DNA of 64,000 nucleotides from the human T2T-CHM13v2.0 reference genome, Homo sapiens, in the NCBI RefSeq assembly GCF_009914755.1, contig NC_060926.1; one strand, 5' to 3'. A model generated the notes under the pieces. The model searched no databases, was not told the DNA's origin, and saw only the letters and a program-made list of their open reading frames with translations. The translations under genes and the position numbers were made by a program. Shown piece by piece: positions 14,465-30,097 of the stretch; the first letter of the stretch is position 1; each line of letters begins with the position of its first letter.

Positions 14465-14942
14465 AATATATTTGCTCATGTGCAATTCTGCCCACAAGAA
14501 CAATAGGCACATGCAGAAAACTGTATCCGGCTCCAGCTGAATAGAGCTTGGTAGGAAACACTGATACCTGACACATCACTGAGGTATCTCAATTCACCAT
14601 GTGTTATTAGCCACACCCATCCACATTCTATGTCCAATTTCAATAACCCTCCTTCTGTCACTTTATAATAACTCACAAGCTTCAACCATTCTAACATCTG
14701 CATCCACAACATAGTTTATGTGCCATAATTCTTGTAGTATTTCTATATTTTTAACCATTCAACACGTATGCAACTGTTAGACTTTTTTTTGATGTTTGTC
14801 TTTTAATATGTCATTGACAAAGTTTTTGAGTATCAGACCCCTAACTCTGTTTCCCCCAAGCCCTGTGAATTGTATTGCACAATTATGCAGAGCACAGTGG
14901 TTTTTCAGAACACATATGGCATGTTATAGCAGACCCCGACTG
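14465..14942. mobile_element. TcMar-Tigger fossil (Tigger13a-like)
   Basis: Ends ttttcagaacacatatggcatgttatagcagaccccgactg followed by TA, a Tigger-type terminus. Subfamily from recall. Confidence 0.55.
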
Positions 14943-16538
14943 TAGTTTAATGATGTTGGCAAACATTCCTCGTGTTGTTGGATTTAGCTCACTGTTTCCA
15001 CACAAAGGTGTTAGTAATGAATGTTGAACGTGGGGATTTTAGCATTTTATTAGTACAGTTTATTTCTTCAATATCTCCCTTTTTATATAAAAAGCAGAGA
15101 AGGTATTATTTATTGAAAGAATGGATTAGATGAGTGAACCATGGGGACAAAAAAGAGAAAGGTGCAAAAGACAGAAAATAAATTATGAAAATGTTCCTTT
15201 TCCTTAATCATTCTCTAATTAATTTCTTATCCACTCTCGAGGGGCTAGAAAGTAGGACGTGTACCATATTACACAGAAGGTGGCATTAGCTCCTTTGTCA
15301 CTGTTGGTAAGATTTTGCATATGAATCAGCTGTTGTGATGTGGATAGCTCAGTAGGTTCTGACCTCCTGTTCAGCACTGTGGTTCAACTGCAGACACCAT
15401 GAGATGATTGGCAAGGCCAGTGCATACCTGGCTTCTGGTAGAGATCAGCCTTTTACATAAGAGACGAAATTATCACTCATGATATACATAGTACCTTCCT
15501 GAGTCTCATCTTAAATTATTCTTTTGCATACAATAACTAAAACACTAGAGGGATACAGTTTGCAGTTTTGTATCTGTATTATTCTAATTGTATTATCAAA
15601 AAAATCTCTTTTCAAGTATCTTCATTCATCTCTGCAGTCTGCATTTCAAATTACCATCATCTGATGTGTTATAATGGGAGAAGAACTGGGAAGTTCATTT
15701 ACATAATTCTTATTCTTACTGCCTTCCTTCTTTAGGTCCATTTTCGCTATCAAAAAAAGATGAAGTAAAAATTAGTGTGGGCATGAGAGAGAGTCTCTTG
15801 GAGGTATAATTCTAGAAGTAGAAATACCAGGTTGTACAGTGATCCCTGCTGTAATATTTTACTTTTATAAATGGATGCTCTTTGACAAGAATCAGAACAG
15901 TATATTGTTTCCGCGTGTACCTAACAAAGTTAAGAATGCATTTTCTTATGTTTAGTTGATTTGTTTTCAAATCTGACCTTGTCAATTGGCAATCATTCAC
16001 ATGATATTTGTGGAAAGTGGCCAGTTTAAACCATTTTACTATATTTGCAACTGATATTGACATATTTGAAATTTGATTATCTTGATCATAGGTATATCAG
16101 AAGTATTTTTATAGTTCCTTTTGTGTCTATGTGACATGCATCATGATTCCTAACATAAGGAATAGCAGTGAATTGAGTCTAAAAACATCAATTAATCTTT
16201 AAGTTTATATATCCATTCCCTGTCATTGGATAAACATTTTAGGCTGAAAAAGGACCTAAAATCTTAAGGAATCTGATTAGTTTAACCAACATGAATATGC
16301 GTTTAAGATAATTTTAAACTTTTATTTTACATTAAGAAATCCAAACAACATATAAATCTAGAAAAGTTTTATAGCGCAGGTTCATTGGCATAAGCTTTAG
16401 AATGAGAGGATTTTTTCAAAGTTTGGCTGTTTCACTTATTAATTAGAGTCTTTGCATGCCATTTATCTCATGTTTTAAATAATAAAATGATACGAGAATT
16501 GTGAAAAGTCTAAAAGTAGATAATGTACAGAGTGGATA

Positions 16539-17060
16539 TGTGTCATTTTTGTTTCTTATTTATTTGCCTTTTCAGAATTTTGACTGGCTTCCTCTATTTT
16601 ATGGAATCTCCCATCTCATGAGATAAAGCATTCCCAAAGTTATAGAAACTAAAAGTACCAGGCTCATTTCCCAGTCTCTCTTATTACTAAGGTTCAATCA
16701 TGTGACCTACACTCTGCCAGTTTGAAGCACCCTCCACCAGCCTTAAATCAGAAGCTGGTGATAGCCGGGACTATACGGAATACACTGCTGAAAAAGGTAG
16801 CCACTCGCAGCAACTGTATCTTGTCTAGTGTGCTGTGTTGGTGAGGTTAGCACTGCCAAAAACAGCTCCTGGTGCCCAGTGTGACCACAGTGTTGCTTCA
16901 ATGGATCAATTTATGCCAAAAGGCATAATTTTGGATGCTACTACTGACAATGTCACCTCAATTCCCGTCTCTCCAGCGCTGCTGTTAATGAATTCCACTC
17001 CTACCTAAACCAGCCAGAGTCAGTTTTTCTTGCTTTTGGCAATAAACCTTGCCTGATACA
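16539..17060 (+). mobile_element. LTR33-like solo LTR (ERVL)
   Basis: catgtgacctacactctgccag...aatcagaagctggtga and 3' end taaaccagccagagtcagtttttcttgct...ccttgcctgataca (TG...CA termini). Confidence 0.7.
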
Positions 17061-17362
17061 GTATACTAAATACTTAAGCAGGACCAAGTCTATAGTAATA
17101 ATGCATATAACTCCAACAAGTCAGAAACACTTGGCTTATTTAGTGTTGTATTCCCAGCACCTAGTTCAAGTAACATATAACAGACATGAAACAACTATAT
17201 ATCAAATAAATCTTTAGTCATGAAAATTTTACTCATTGAAGCATTATTTAAAACACTTTTAATATGATATTTATATGACACCTGATACTACCTGGTGGCT
17301 TCATATTTGCTTTAGAGAGATGTTATTCAACAGCTTAGGAGTTATATAATATTAAAACTCTC

Positions 17363-17448
17363 CTCTTTCTCTCTCCGTCTCTCTCTCTCTCTCTGTCATG
17401 CACACACACACACACACACACACAAACACAGACACACACACACATACA
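17363..17448 (+). repeat. Compound (CT)n/(CA)n microsatellite
   Basis: Read directly from the sequence. Confidence 0.95.
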
Positions 17449-18699
17449 TATCTCATCAGGTACAAAGTTACAGGGTACATAATAAAAATAATCACATGCT
17501 ATTAACATTAGCCAAGATATATACTTGAAATCCATTAGTCTCCAACTTAAACCTAAATTTCAATCTTTAGTCAATAACATAGGAAGAAAACAGCTTTATA
17601 CAGTCTTTGATTCTGTTTTTAACTAAATACTTTTTGTTTATAAAGCTGAATAAAGATAAAGTGTATTTATTCTACACCTAAGAATTTAATAGGAGTTTGC
17701 AACTACTATTGTTGCCTCTCTTTGTCTCTAGATTTCAGAGTTGAAACAATACCCAAGAATTTGATTCCTGATCTGCCAAAAAAAACTATATCTGGTTATA
17801 TACTAATGGCTTGCTTTCTACATCTCCCCAGTTCAATTTTTACCATAAACATTCCAGCTGAAGCACTTATCACCTTATAGCTAGCCAATTATAATATTCT
17901 AAATTTTATTTTCAGTTCCAAGTTTTTGACAGCCCCATCTATTTTATATATATATGTAGATTAAATTCCAACATATTACATTCCCCAATATTATTTCCCT
18001 ACTGAAAAGGCTTTATGAATCTTCACTGCCTATGTTTTAATTTTTAAATGTATTTAGCATTCAAAGAGTTCAACAATCTAACTAAGTATAACTTTCCAAC
18101 TTATTTTCTAAAAATTCTATATGTAAACTTTTGCAATAACCAAAACAGTTCATATACTTTCCCATAAAATTCCCTTGGAGAGTATCATATCCACATTTTA
18201 AGTCTTATTATTCAATTCCAGTCAGGCCTAATTCATTGTGTAGAGTCTTATCCGAAGACTAGTTTTTTTCTGAAGTCACATTTGATCACCCCCATCCCAA
18301 TCTCGCTAATAAATTTATTGAGTTTTTGAATGTATTCTATGTATTTCATTGTTAGATAGCATCCACTTTCCTCCAACAGGGGGTTTAAAAATTGCATGTT
18401 ATATATTTTTTAATTTCCCACATCACCTAATCCTGCTCAATGCCTATAAAAGGCAATCAATAAGTATCTGTTGATTGATTTTTAGATGCAATCTGAGCAT
18501 CAGTGCTGTTCTTTCTGATGAGCTGGAAAACGGAACATGGAGGTTCACTGGACTTGATTAGAGGTGAGACTTAGAATACTAAATTAGATGTGGTACACTT
18601 CTGTCTCATTTTGGATGTGTGGAAAACACTTCTGTGTGCTTGCTCATTCTTTTATTATTAATTCTAAATTTTCTTGCAGGAGTTAGAGAATGAGGTCTA

Positions 18700-19500
18700 C
18701 ACTATACTTGTAATTCTCTTAAATTCTAGGTGCTATTCTAAGCATTGATAATATGTCAATGAACAAGATACTCTTCTCCTAGATCTTGCTTTGCAGTAGG
18801 TGAAAACAACTAACTTACTAATCAAATAAATAAATAAGGTGCTTTCAGAGGGTGATAATTACTTTAAATAGAATGCATGGTGTAGTGGAACAAAAGGTGA
18901 GAAGGAGGAGGCCATTTCAGGTTAAAAAAATCTGTTGAAGTTATAGCTGAGACACAAATAGTGAGAAGGAGCTATTCATGGGCTGGGCAGAGCCTTTGAG
19001 ACAAAGGGATTTGTAAAAGTTCAGAGGCTGAATCACCAATGAGTTTGAGGTGTTTAAAGGTAAAATTACTAATGCTTCTGGTAACTATTTACAGGCTACA
19101 GGAAGAATAGTAATGAGGGGAGTTGGAGAACCAGATGTAGGTTGGGGTTGGAGGAGGAGGGAACATGTAGCTTCTCCTTATAGACCACTGAGAGGAGTTC
19201 AGATTTCACATTAAATGCAATGGAAAGCCATCAAAGGTTTTAATTAGAGGAGTCTCATGATCAGGTTTATGTTTTTAAAAGTGACTTTTACAATTCTGTG
19301 GAGACCAGCTTACTAAAGATGAAAACAGATAAAGGGGAACAGTTTATTAAGTTATTGCAGTGGACTACGCAGCATGCAATAGGGTGACAGCCAGATAGGT
19401 TTGAAGAAGTTGACAAACTCAGCATATATTTAGGTGGTGGAACCAACAGGACTTGCTGATGGATTGGATGCGGGGAGTAAAGGAAAAGAGAGATAAGAAA
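18700..19500 (-). mobile_element. L2
   Basis: aatgcaatggaaagccatcaaaggttttaattagaggagtctcatgatcaggtttatgtttttaaaag; ggtggaaccaacaggacttgctgatggattggatg are typical antisense L2 motifs. Confidence 0.85.
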
Positions 19501-19675
19501 ATGTTGAGGGTCTTAAGAATGAGTGTGTCATGAGCTCGCTTTAATAACATTTCTAACAAATGAAGAGTTTTGTCTATGTAAGAGGAAGCGCAGGACAGAA
19601 TGAGCTAAATTACAGCAATAAAATAGAGCAAAATTATTTCAATGGATGACGTTAGGAGGCAGAGGAATGAGCTAT

Positions 19676-19850
19676 CAAGGGAGACCAGATGTGCAACCTG
19701 CACGTGACACAGGGTCCTGACTGCAGAAGGATCCCGCACTTGGTTTATTGCTCTGCCATCACCATCTTAAAATTCTTAATACTTTTTTTTAACAAGAGGC
19801 CCTGCATTTTCATTTTGCACGGCGCCCTGCAAATTATGTAGTTAATCCTG
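19676..19850 (+). mobile_element. MER45A (hAT-Tip100)
   Basis: cacagggtcc...cagaaggatcccgcacttggtttattgctctgc...cttaaaattcttaata...gcattttcattttgcac...gcaaattatgtagttaatcctg. Confidence 0.85.
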
Positions 19851-20245
19851 CTAGAGAGTCATACTCAAGAATAGAAAGAGAATTTTGACGATGGGTCAAC
19901 AATAACTAAAATGATGGCTTTTTTAGTCAAGATTTTATAACTCAGATTCAGTATACCACAGGTCACTGGAAAAGCTGAAACATACATTTTCATTTTCTAA
20001 AGTGTTTATTCAGTGCTCTCTACCATAAGACTGACTGCTTCTTATTGCCTCAACCAAATTTGTTGATAATTTCTATGTGACCTTATATATAAACTTATAT
20101 AAAAATACTCCATGCATACTTGAAATTAATTTTTTGATAAAGGGTAGAAAGTTTAACATATAAATACTAAAGTTATTACTGATATTATTTAAATTCTAAT
20201 ATCCATGTTTTTGTGATTTTTGATATGACAAAAACAGATAGGTAA

Positions 20246-20594
<349 letters not shown>

Positions 20595-22020
20595 TCTTCT
20601 TGAATTTTTATTTTATTTGCAATGTTGATTCCAAGTCATTGGATAGAAAAATTCATTTGTGGTATGTCTTAAGGAAAGATTACACAGTTGATCCTTATAA
20701 CATAATGATCAATGCTATTTGACAAATTTTAGCCTTGAATTCTGCTTTTCTTGATATAATATTTCTATCTAAAGTAATGTTATATTTTCCATTTTTTAGC
20801 TAGTCAATATTTCTTTATTGTTTTGCTTATGATATTTCTGTGGTATTTCTTTTGGTATGTCTTTCATAAAAAGGACATTGTTAAATTACCTTGCTATAAA
20901 TTGTTTAATTCATTCACATTTATTTTGATAGCCTTTAATTTATACTTTCATAATAGTATTTAACTTTTTATTTTCCTTTGTTTTGTTTTCTAACCCCCAT
21001 TTTCTGTTATACTGGCCAAATTTTTGTAATATTTCTATTTTCTAGAGCAATTTCTTTTCTGGTTTACCTAGTTAGCATCTGCTTACCTCTCAGATGTCAA
21101 TTCGAAGTTTCTTTGAATACCTTACACAATGGATTCCACCTGTCACCTTACTATCTCCTCTCATAACGCCAGACACTTTCTTTTAAAGCCCCTTTTATAG
21201 TTTAGAATTATATATTTGTTTGATTATAATAGGAGACTGGAACTTGTAATTGGTCAATTATTCTATAATGTCTATTAAAGCAGAAATTCATGAATTAATG
21301 TAAATAATATTTTAAAAAACTTTTTAACGTAAAACCTGTAAAGGTAGTTTCACTTATTCTTTAATGAACACCCGTATTTTAATTCCTAAAAGAGGAACAA
21401 GAACTTCTGCACTCTATCCAGGGAATCTGAGACAAGAATCTGCTTTTTTAGTACTTTTACCCAATCATTTAAAGCTGTGACGGCCACACCTAATTCTACA
21501 TAACAATGGTTGTTAGTGACTTTTCTTTACCGCATTTCTTATAGCATTCAAGTTAGTTTTCATAGAATAAGCACCTCTCAAAGTTTATTTCATATTTAAT
21601 TGAATTGCACCAACACAAAACGACCATAACATAGAAACAAATTTACAAATGAACTCAACAGACTCAGGTTTAGCGTAAATCCCCACTGGCTGCCGTGTAT
21701 ATTCTTGGTGGATACTGACAAGCAATGACCGCTACTGTTCAGAGTACTATGGACATAATCCAGTAAATGTCACAGAAATAAAAGGGTTTTTAAATTTGTT
21801 TTTTGGTTCTATATCTTGCTAGTCATTTAACTTGAAAAAGTATAGATGAGCTAGTTCATTTATTAACTTTACTCAATAATGTATCATCAGCATGTAGGTA
21901 AATATTCAACACATAAATGATGCCCAATCAATATGTGTTGATGAATATGAGTTTTCTTCTTTCTTTGTAATCTAAAAGCTGCCCCCCCTTTTATTTATTT
22001 ATTTTTTATTTTTATTTTTT

Positions 22021-22314
<294 letters not shown>

Positions 22315-22539
22315 TGTCCCATTTTTAAATGAAAGTGTTTAAATTTCATGCAAGCCTGAACATAGAGACCATAGAGACTATCGTATTATTTTCAAAATAT
22401 TTTTCAAATATTGGTTTTTATACTAATTTGTAAGAGTATCTCAATATCTATTTCAAAATCAAAATATGAGAGAACAGTACTCAAGATCAGTTATCAGTAA
22501 TTTTTTCCAATATTTGACCCCTTTTTGCCAAGATAACCT

Positions 22540-24970
22540 AGTTGATCCACCTGAAATCCAAGTGGCTCCAAATGACATGGTTTTCCTTACAGTCTTCTTT
22601 AAAATAGGCTTGCCTCCAACATACCACACACTTCCAGCCTAAAGAGGGGTACATATACCTCTCACTCTCCATTTTATTTTCATACCCTTTTTTCCTATTC
22701 TCAAACCTCTTCTTTTCTCTCCCTCCTCCTGCACCTCTCTCACCATTACCTCTATGCTACTGGTCACTCTCTCTCATTTATTTACTACTTGGCTGTGCAT
22801 TCTGTCCTCATCCTTCATCTGTCCAACACCCTGCCTCTTAGTTCCCAGAACCTCTATACGCCAAATTCCTTTTTTATCACTTCACATTAGCCTTCTACAT
22901 GCATAGATGTATCCTGTTTTTATTGGAAGTTGCTCTTCCAATAAAATCTTCATTTGGAACAGCCCACTCTCCCGATATCACTCTCCACCATTCCAGAATA
23001 CTTACTTTTATGGCTTCTCTCCAAAACCCCTTTGCCAGTAATCCACTGGTTTTTATCCATTTTTCCTTATTCATTACCTGTTTCATGACCCCACTTATTT
23101 TCTAGATTGATGTAGACTCTCTGTAATTAGTGTGCACTCCTTGTCAACATGCGTAAATCCCTCCATGTCCCCTACCTTGAGCTCTTTCATCAAAATTCCA
23201 AAACTAATTTTACCCAGTCAGTGAGACATTGCTACAGAAAATCACAAATCCCTACTGACTAAATTCAATTTATGCTTGTGATCATAAATTCCAAATGAAC
23301 ACTCATTTAATCCATAAATTCCTGACGCAGTCTACTGCTTACTATTTACTATGCTACCCTAAAAATTCTCTGAAAGTTTTACTATTTCCCCCCAAGTCAT
23401 ATATTCAGCTAGTGATCTTTTCTAATAATTCAAAGAAAAATAATTAAAATAAGAATCAGTTTTGTTTTCCTTTTATCAAATATTCCTACTGACTTCTTTC
23501 CACAAATAATTTGCATTCTCAAACTAAAGTAGGCTAACTGTCCAGGCTTATAACTAAAGCCTCCCTGTCCATTTGAAATAGTTTCTATTCCTTTTGACTC
23601 ATTCATTGACTTCACTCTTGAGTTTATCCTTATTCTCTCCAACATGCTCATTCTCTCTCCAACATCCTCATTCTCTCTCCATTAGTATTACTCCCATCTA
23701 CCAATGTTTTAATGTAGTTTATCTCACATTAAAATCTCTCTTGACTTTGTGCCTTACATCTCCAATAGCCTCCTTTTCAGCTGTCTTTCAGAACATCTTT
23801 CACCTCTCTACTCTTGAAAGCATTCTTAGGAGGTCACTAATGACCTCTTCTTGCCATATCCATGGTGTGTAGCCTGATCTTATCTTATTCTGTCATTCTT
23901 AACATTTATCAGTTATTTACAGCCTTCTACTGAAATACTTTCTTCTCTAATTTTCTGTAACACCATCCTTCATTTTCCCTCATCTTCCAACTCTACATTT
24001 CTTTGATTACATTCTGTTTATATATTATATATGAATCTATAATAAACATAAATATATATTAAATTCAAATTATATTATATTATATTATAAATGTATATAT
24101 TAGTGTATGTGTGTGTGTGTATATATATATATATATAACCTGGAACTCTTTGACAAGCCTTTGCTTCACTTCTCTTGGTGATTTTTTTTTTCTCAGTGAT
24201 TTTTAAAAATACTAGTTATAGGCTAATTAATTTTAAAATCATATCCCCAATCCTAGTCATTTCCCAGAGTTTTAATGGCATCTTAAACTTAACAAAGCCA
24301 TGTCAGTACACTTTATTTCCCCCTCTCACTACAAAATCTGTTTTTCTCTCAGATTTTTATCTCTCAGTAAATGAGAGTTGGATAGGCTTAAAGTCATTCT
24401 TGATTGCTTTCTTTCCCTCATTGCCTTCATCTCCAAATAGGTGTATCTAAATACTCTTCAAGACCTGGTATATATCTGTACATAATTCAATTATCTATCT
24501 ACACCTCTAACCCCATTACTTTCACTTCTCAGATGGGCTACAAGAGAACTTCCACACCAACATTCCTGCCTTCATTTATTTTCCATACAGCAGTCAGAAT
24601 AATATTTTCATATACAAATTACATCATATATCTATCCTACTTGAAAACGTTCCAATAGTTATCCACTGCCATTTACAAAAAAAAAATCTAATGCTGTATC
24701 TGGTACTATAAAACATAATGTAATCTTCCTACTGTTCACTTTATAATTCCCTGATTTCCTCTTACACCATTCTCCTCTTCTGTCTTGCCTCTGTACTGAA
24801 ACTATACAATTTGGTTCTGTCCCTCCATCATGCCTACCTCAATCCTAAATTAATGCCTTGACCTTTGTGGTTCCTCTCTTTAGAACAGCCTTCCAAATAT
24901 CATCACCTGGCACCTTCTTATCATCATGCCTCAGCTCAAAGGTCACTTTGTAAGAGATGCCTTCCTGGAT
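22540..24970 (+). mobile_element. Long, fragmented L2
   Basis: Pyrimidine-rich sense L2 motifs (aggtcactaatgacctcttcttgccatatccatgg; ctcagctcaaaggtcactttgtaagagatgccttcctggatcaccct), interrupted by a TA/TG repeat. Confidence 0.75.
24018..24137 (+). repeat. AT-rich low-complexity tract with (TG)n(TA)n
   Basis: Read directly from the sequence. Confidence 0.9.
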
Positions 24971-27379
24971 CACCCTGCACTGCTGCCACAGTTTTATTTT
25001 AGAGAGTTCACTCTGGCTTCAGTGCAGACAATGTATTTAGAGAAAGGAAGTCAGGATAGAAGCAGGGACCCCAAATTGGATGGCAGTTAAAATTATCCAG
25101 GTGAGAGAAATGCCAAATCGTTCATAAGGAGCATTGGTTTGAATCCGTAGACTGACTCTCTTTTTCAAAAATATAGTTCTTGCATATGTCCAATATTTTT
25201 TTACCCCTCAGAGTACAGACAGTCAATAATTATTTTTCAGGCTTGGGATTTGAGGTGGGATCTATCAGATTAGATGTTAATCTCTGTTCAAATATTTCAG
25301 GATCAGACAAAAGAATGAAGAACAAATTTTAGAGTTCCTCTATTTTCACTTGCCAGCATGGAGTAACAAGGGAGCTATAGCCAGAAAGGGCAGAGACATA
25401 GTGTTTCACCTTTCTGCCAAGTCGTTTCTTTTTGTGTTTCTCAGAGCAGCAGGCATTAGCTGGGTCAGTGGCACTCTTTAGAGCTGGCACCACTCTCTTC
25501 ATTTGGAGCCAGTTGTAGCACTGCCTTGTTTTATTTAAAAAGCCATACTTGCCAATGGAACCTGAGAAGCAGCACTGTGGCAGGGTTGTCCCGTGGAATT
25601 GACTCCAGTGTTTGGTATAAATCTGGGGAATAATGAAATCCATTTGCACTTTCCATCAACTGCCGTTGGCTCTGGCTTCTACTGGTGCAAAATAAAGTAT
25701 GCTAGTGAGATTTTATAGTACAGTTGCCACACCTTGTATCTAGGCAGGTTTTTCCTTCCTTGCAGAGGTTCGGTGGATGGCTGGCTGTCATTTCATCATG
25801 TCCATTGCTACGGTTTATTCTGTAGAAATTTGTCAATATTTTCCAAATTTGATTGGCATCCTAGATTTTAATATTGTTAAGGTTTGTCATTGTATTATTT
25901 CTGTCATTTCAGTGGAAATTCAAAAATGAGGCAGAAATTTTAAATATGTAAGCTCTGATTGCCATATTACGTACACATGCAACTGATGGGTGAAAATTGC
26001 AGTACCATACCCATAGGTTTGTGAAATCATGCCCTTTGTTTCTTTCTCGGCTTCTGATACCACATTGTCTTCTCTGTGGATTTTCAAAATGTTTATAATA
26101 CTGTATGGAAAGTCTTACTTTGAAAAACCTGAAATACATCACAATCTGTTATTTATATTTATTCAAAAAGTTCAGACATTCATTTTTGTCCAAAATAATA
26201 ATAATAAAACAATAAAATTAAAAGCTCCACTCTATAAAATGCCTGAAGGGACTATTATTTATCTCCTCAAAAATTGGATTTTATCTTCACCTCATTGCTG
26301 GAAGAAGTGTGCCAGGTTTTTACTTAACTTTTGTTATTGTGCTATTGAGCTATGGATCACTTCAGGGGTAGTAAAATTGAGCATAGTTTTAATTTTTTTG
26401 GTTGTCAAATAAGGTGATTATTTCAGATGTACCCAACACTCAACACATTAAAATTAGAATTATTTTCTGTGTTTAAATAAATAGATATACAGAGACATAT
26501 ACAGCAATTAAGGGTGTAGGTCCTCTCATGAACCTTATTGTAAAAGTCCTTAATAAAACACAAATTTAGTTTCTTTAAAAAATTAGGAGTTGATTTTGAT
26601 TATATCTCTGCACAGATCCCACTGTAGAGTAAGTACTATAAAATATTGGTCCCTTACACTACATCATATAATGAAATTCATGACACTTATATAAACAGTT
26701 TATGTTAAACATATCTAATGTCAAGCCCAGGTGAAGCCCCTGTGAAATAACTTTCAGTAAAACAAGAGACCGAAAAGTAGTTATTTTTTCATGATTCACA
26801 TTATAAGCTTCTTACTTTTAGTGTATAAACTGGTTTTAGCAAAAAAAAAAAAAAAAGAAAATATCTCCTCAATAAAGCCAATGTACAGACAAACAAACAA
26901 CACCTTACCATCAAGCTGGGGCTTTTGAATAATCATTTACGCTGATGAAATTTTGAATGCTTGTGAGCTAATCATGCCTTTTAGCAATGAGCTTCTGCCT
27001 CTTACTATGTTTAGACACATACTTCTTATTACAATGCCATTTCATCAAGTCCCAGTCTATTCTAAGATCATGATAAAAATGATAATCTTCAAATTACTAC
27101 GTTTCTCTTTCCACTTGAGTGAACTAATTGAAAGAATTCCATGCTGCATTCACCACGGATACCCAGAGGAATACAAGAAAACACATGTGAAACTGAAAGA
27201 ATGCCTAAATATCTGGATAGTTGCTGATCAACACACATTTTGTATGTGTTTAATATGCTTAATGTACTGACTCCCTGAATATCCCCCAGGTATTCAAGTA
27301 ACCTAGGCTGCTTCTCATGCCAGAGACAAATTTAATGTCTTTTTGTTTTATTTTTAAACATATTAACTGCATTTTATTA

Positions 27380-27550
27380 TGTGTAGTGGGAGGAGTCTAG
27401 CTACCAGACTAAGACGAGGCTGAATTTGCATGCTTCTTGGCTAAATAACTTTGGTTAAGCTACTTCACTACTATGAGCTTTCTGTTATCAGTAAGAGAGA
27501 AGTCATTATAGCTACTGGTCTAAAGAGGATGACAATGAATATCTTTTGCA
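27380..27550 (+). mobile_element. MIR fragment
   Basis: taactttggttaagctacttcactactatgagctttctgttatcagtaa. Confidence 0.6.
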
Positions 27551-28213
27551 TGTTCATTTTGCCCAGGCAAGAAAAAAGAAGTTTCCCAGGTGGTTTATTT
27601 TCTAAGGTCATTTTAGTAATTCCTGACAACCATAAAAAATGAACTTAAAATGATGATCTATATGGTTCATTGACCAAAATAATTATACACATGTAATAAG
27701 TTAATTGATTATGAAGTAATTTTTTTGAAATGGTGCATTCTCTTAGATATATGCTGCTTGGAAAATGATAATATTTTAAGTATTTGAATTGATAGTCAGA
27801 TAATTCATTTTGCATGTCTTAAGAGCTACTGGTTCTCTATTACTAAGTTTTAAAACAAAAGGTAAGGACAGATATAAAAGCCCCATAAAAAGTTTGCATT
27901 GCTCTCACCCCAGTTGAGCAGTAACTTTGAATAAGGCAGGTGCATGTCAGTCATCTGGTGTGACACTGGGAATTGCAAGCCATGTCCCTTGCCCCAAGCC
28001 TGACATTTTTTAAACTAATATTTACCCGCATTAGAAATAAAATATAGACTACATTTTAAAGACCTTGAAAATTATAAAGTAAGTAATTAACAGAAATTTT
28101 TAACCTAGAGGCAATCCTTTTTAATTAACTTTTTGATGTACTTAAATTTTCTTTAAAATTCTTTAAAATGTCAGTAAATGTCAGTGTATTTTTATATACG
28201 TACATTTACATAC

Positions 28214-28218
<5 letters not shown>

Positions 28219-28248
<30 letters not shown>
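28219..28248 (+). repeat. (GA)15 microsatellite
   Basis: Read directly from the sequence. Confidence 0.97.
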
Positions 28249-28257
<9 letters not shown>

Positions 28258-30097
28258 GCTGACCTTGAAGTCTTTTCCTCTGACTCAAATACATAGTTAT
28301 TTTATAAAACATGAAAATATATGGGAACAGATTAATCTCCTGCAGATAGCCACTGCTACTATGGATTTTACTTTCTGGTTATTGTACATACCCTCAAATG
28401 CAGGGAAATTTATTCAAACTCAGTACTTGCCAGCAGCCCCAATATTTGAATTTCCCTGGCTTTGCTCATTTGAGTGCTGGTTAAATATCTTGGATTTCTC
28501 ACTGGATACACACATCTTCCTGCCATGGAAGAGATTAAAAACTTCCAATACCATATGGACTGAAATGTTAAAATACCCATTCCCTACCTCTAATTACCTC
28601 CATGGAATAAAACAGAAATATAGCACAAAACTGTAAAGTAATCATAGGAATATCATATTTTCAATAACGACTATTTTTGAGATTTTCAAAGTAACAAATA
28701 TCAAGCTTTTTTTTCAGAAAGAAGCAATTACACGCATGCTCCTCTTTTGCTGTGAACTTAAGCAACTTCTTCACAGTTAATTGAATTCATTCTGAGGATT
28801 TGGGAACATTATAGACTTTTTCTGAGCATGCCCTGCTCTGGCTGATTTTGTTCTCTTGCTCTGGGAATACTGAATTACACTGAGCAACCAACAGAAAGAA
28901 TTTTCAATCAATTGTCTCAAAAGGCTGACTGAACTGCTATTTCTTTCTCCTATTTTTGGCTTTGTCTGCTTTCTTTTAGCAAAAACTGGTTGTTTTGCTC
29001 TTTCTGTATGTATTAATTAACATCAGTCAGTCCATAACACTTGAGCATTTAAATAAAATGGTATCTGGAATTCACTCCTCTGTGAATGCAAACTGAGAAC
29101 AACTGAAGAGTCTTTTTTTATCCTAGTAATATACTCATTTAACCTAGCAGCAGAATTGACACTTTCTTCAGAAAGTCTGACTTAAATGCTCCATATACTT
29201 TGTTCCAACAATATTCCATACAAAACTCTTATTATGCCCTATTGTAATGGTCAGTTTGCTTGTTGTCTTTTTCACAGTATTGAGAAAGCCATGATGTGAG
29301 CTCTGAAGTATTCACGATTTCATTTCCAGTATGTGGTGAAATATCTGACAGAAAGAATAAGCCATTATCAAAATAAAACCAAATCTTTCAAGGGAATTAT
29401 TATTGTTGCTAACGAAAGGCAATTAGTCCAGATATCTGGATAGTCTTCCATCACATAGGAATTACTGTGGCTTAGCACTTCTCTCTTAGGAACTTGAACA
29501 AGCTCAGTAAAAAATAACAACAAACATTACTTGGAGACCAGCATTCTCTTCAACTTCCTGACACAGCCCCTAATCTCACTCCTGGCTATCACCAATCAGT
29601 TAATAAACCTCCTGCTATGAAATAAGGAAATCTTAAAAGGAAATGTCCCAGCATATGGAAATTCACCACTGGCTCACCAGGAAAAAATAAATAAAAAATA
29701 AAAACAGGTGGCAGGAAGATCTACCAACAGCTCTCCTTTTGATATTCATGATGTTGCTGGATTCACAAATGATGAAATACTCCCAAGCAAAGGCTTTTAA
29801 ACGGAAACAAAGTAGGTCTTGCATCCACCCTAATTAGCAATCAGCATAAGGAAAAATAAAATCACAAATTGCCTACCTGTGCAGAAATCAATGCACATAT
29901 GGCTTTTAAGATTTTGAGACTAGGGCAACCCTCCTTCTTTTAAGGAAGCATTCTAGAATGGTGTGCATGTGTGTGTCTGTGTGTGTAGCGGGGGTGGGGG
30001 GCAAATATTATGAAAGTTACACAGAAGAAATGACTAAAGAGCCAGGGAGAATTATTAATGCCAGATTAATTATTTGATTCTATCAATTTAGTAAATA

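Noticed and set aside
28178-28636. 152-aa ORF
   Set aside because: Runs through a (GA)15 repeat, has AT-rich non-coding composition and no recognised homology
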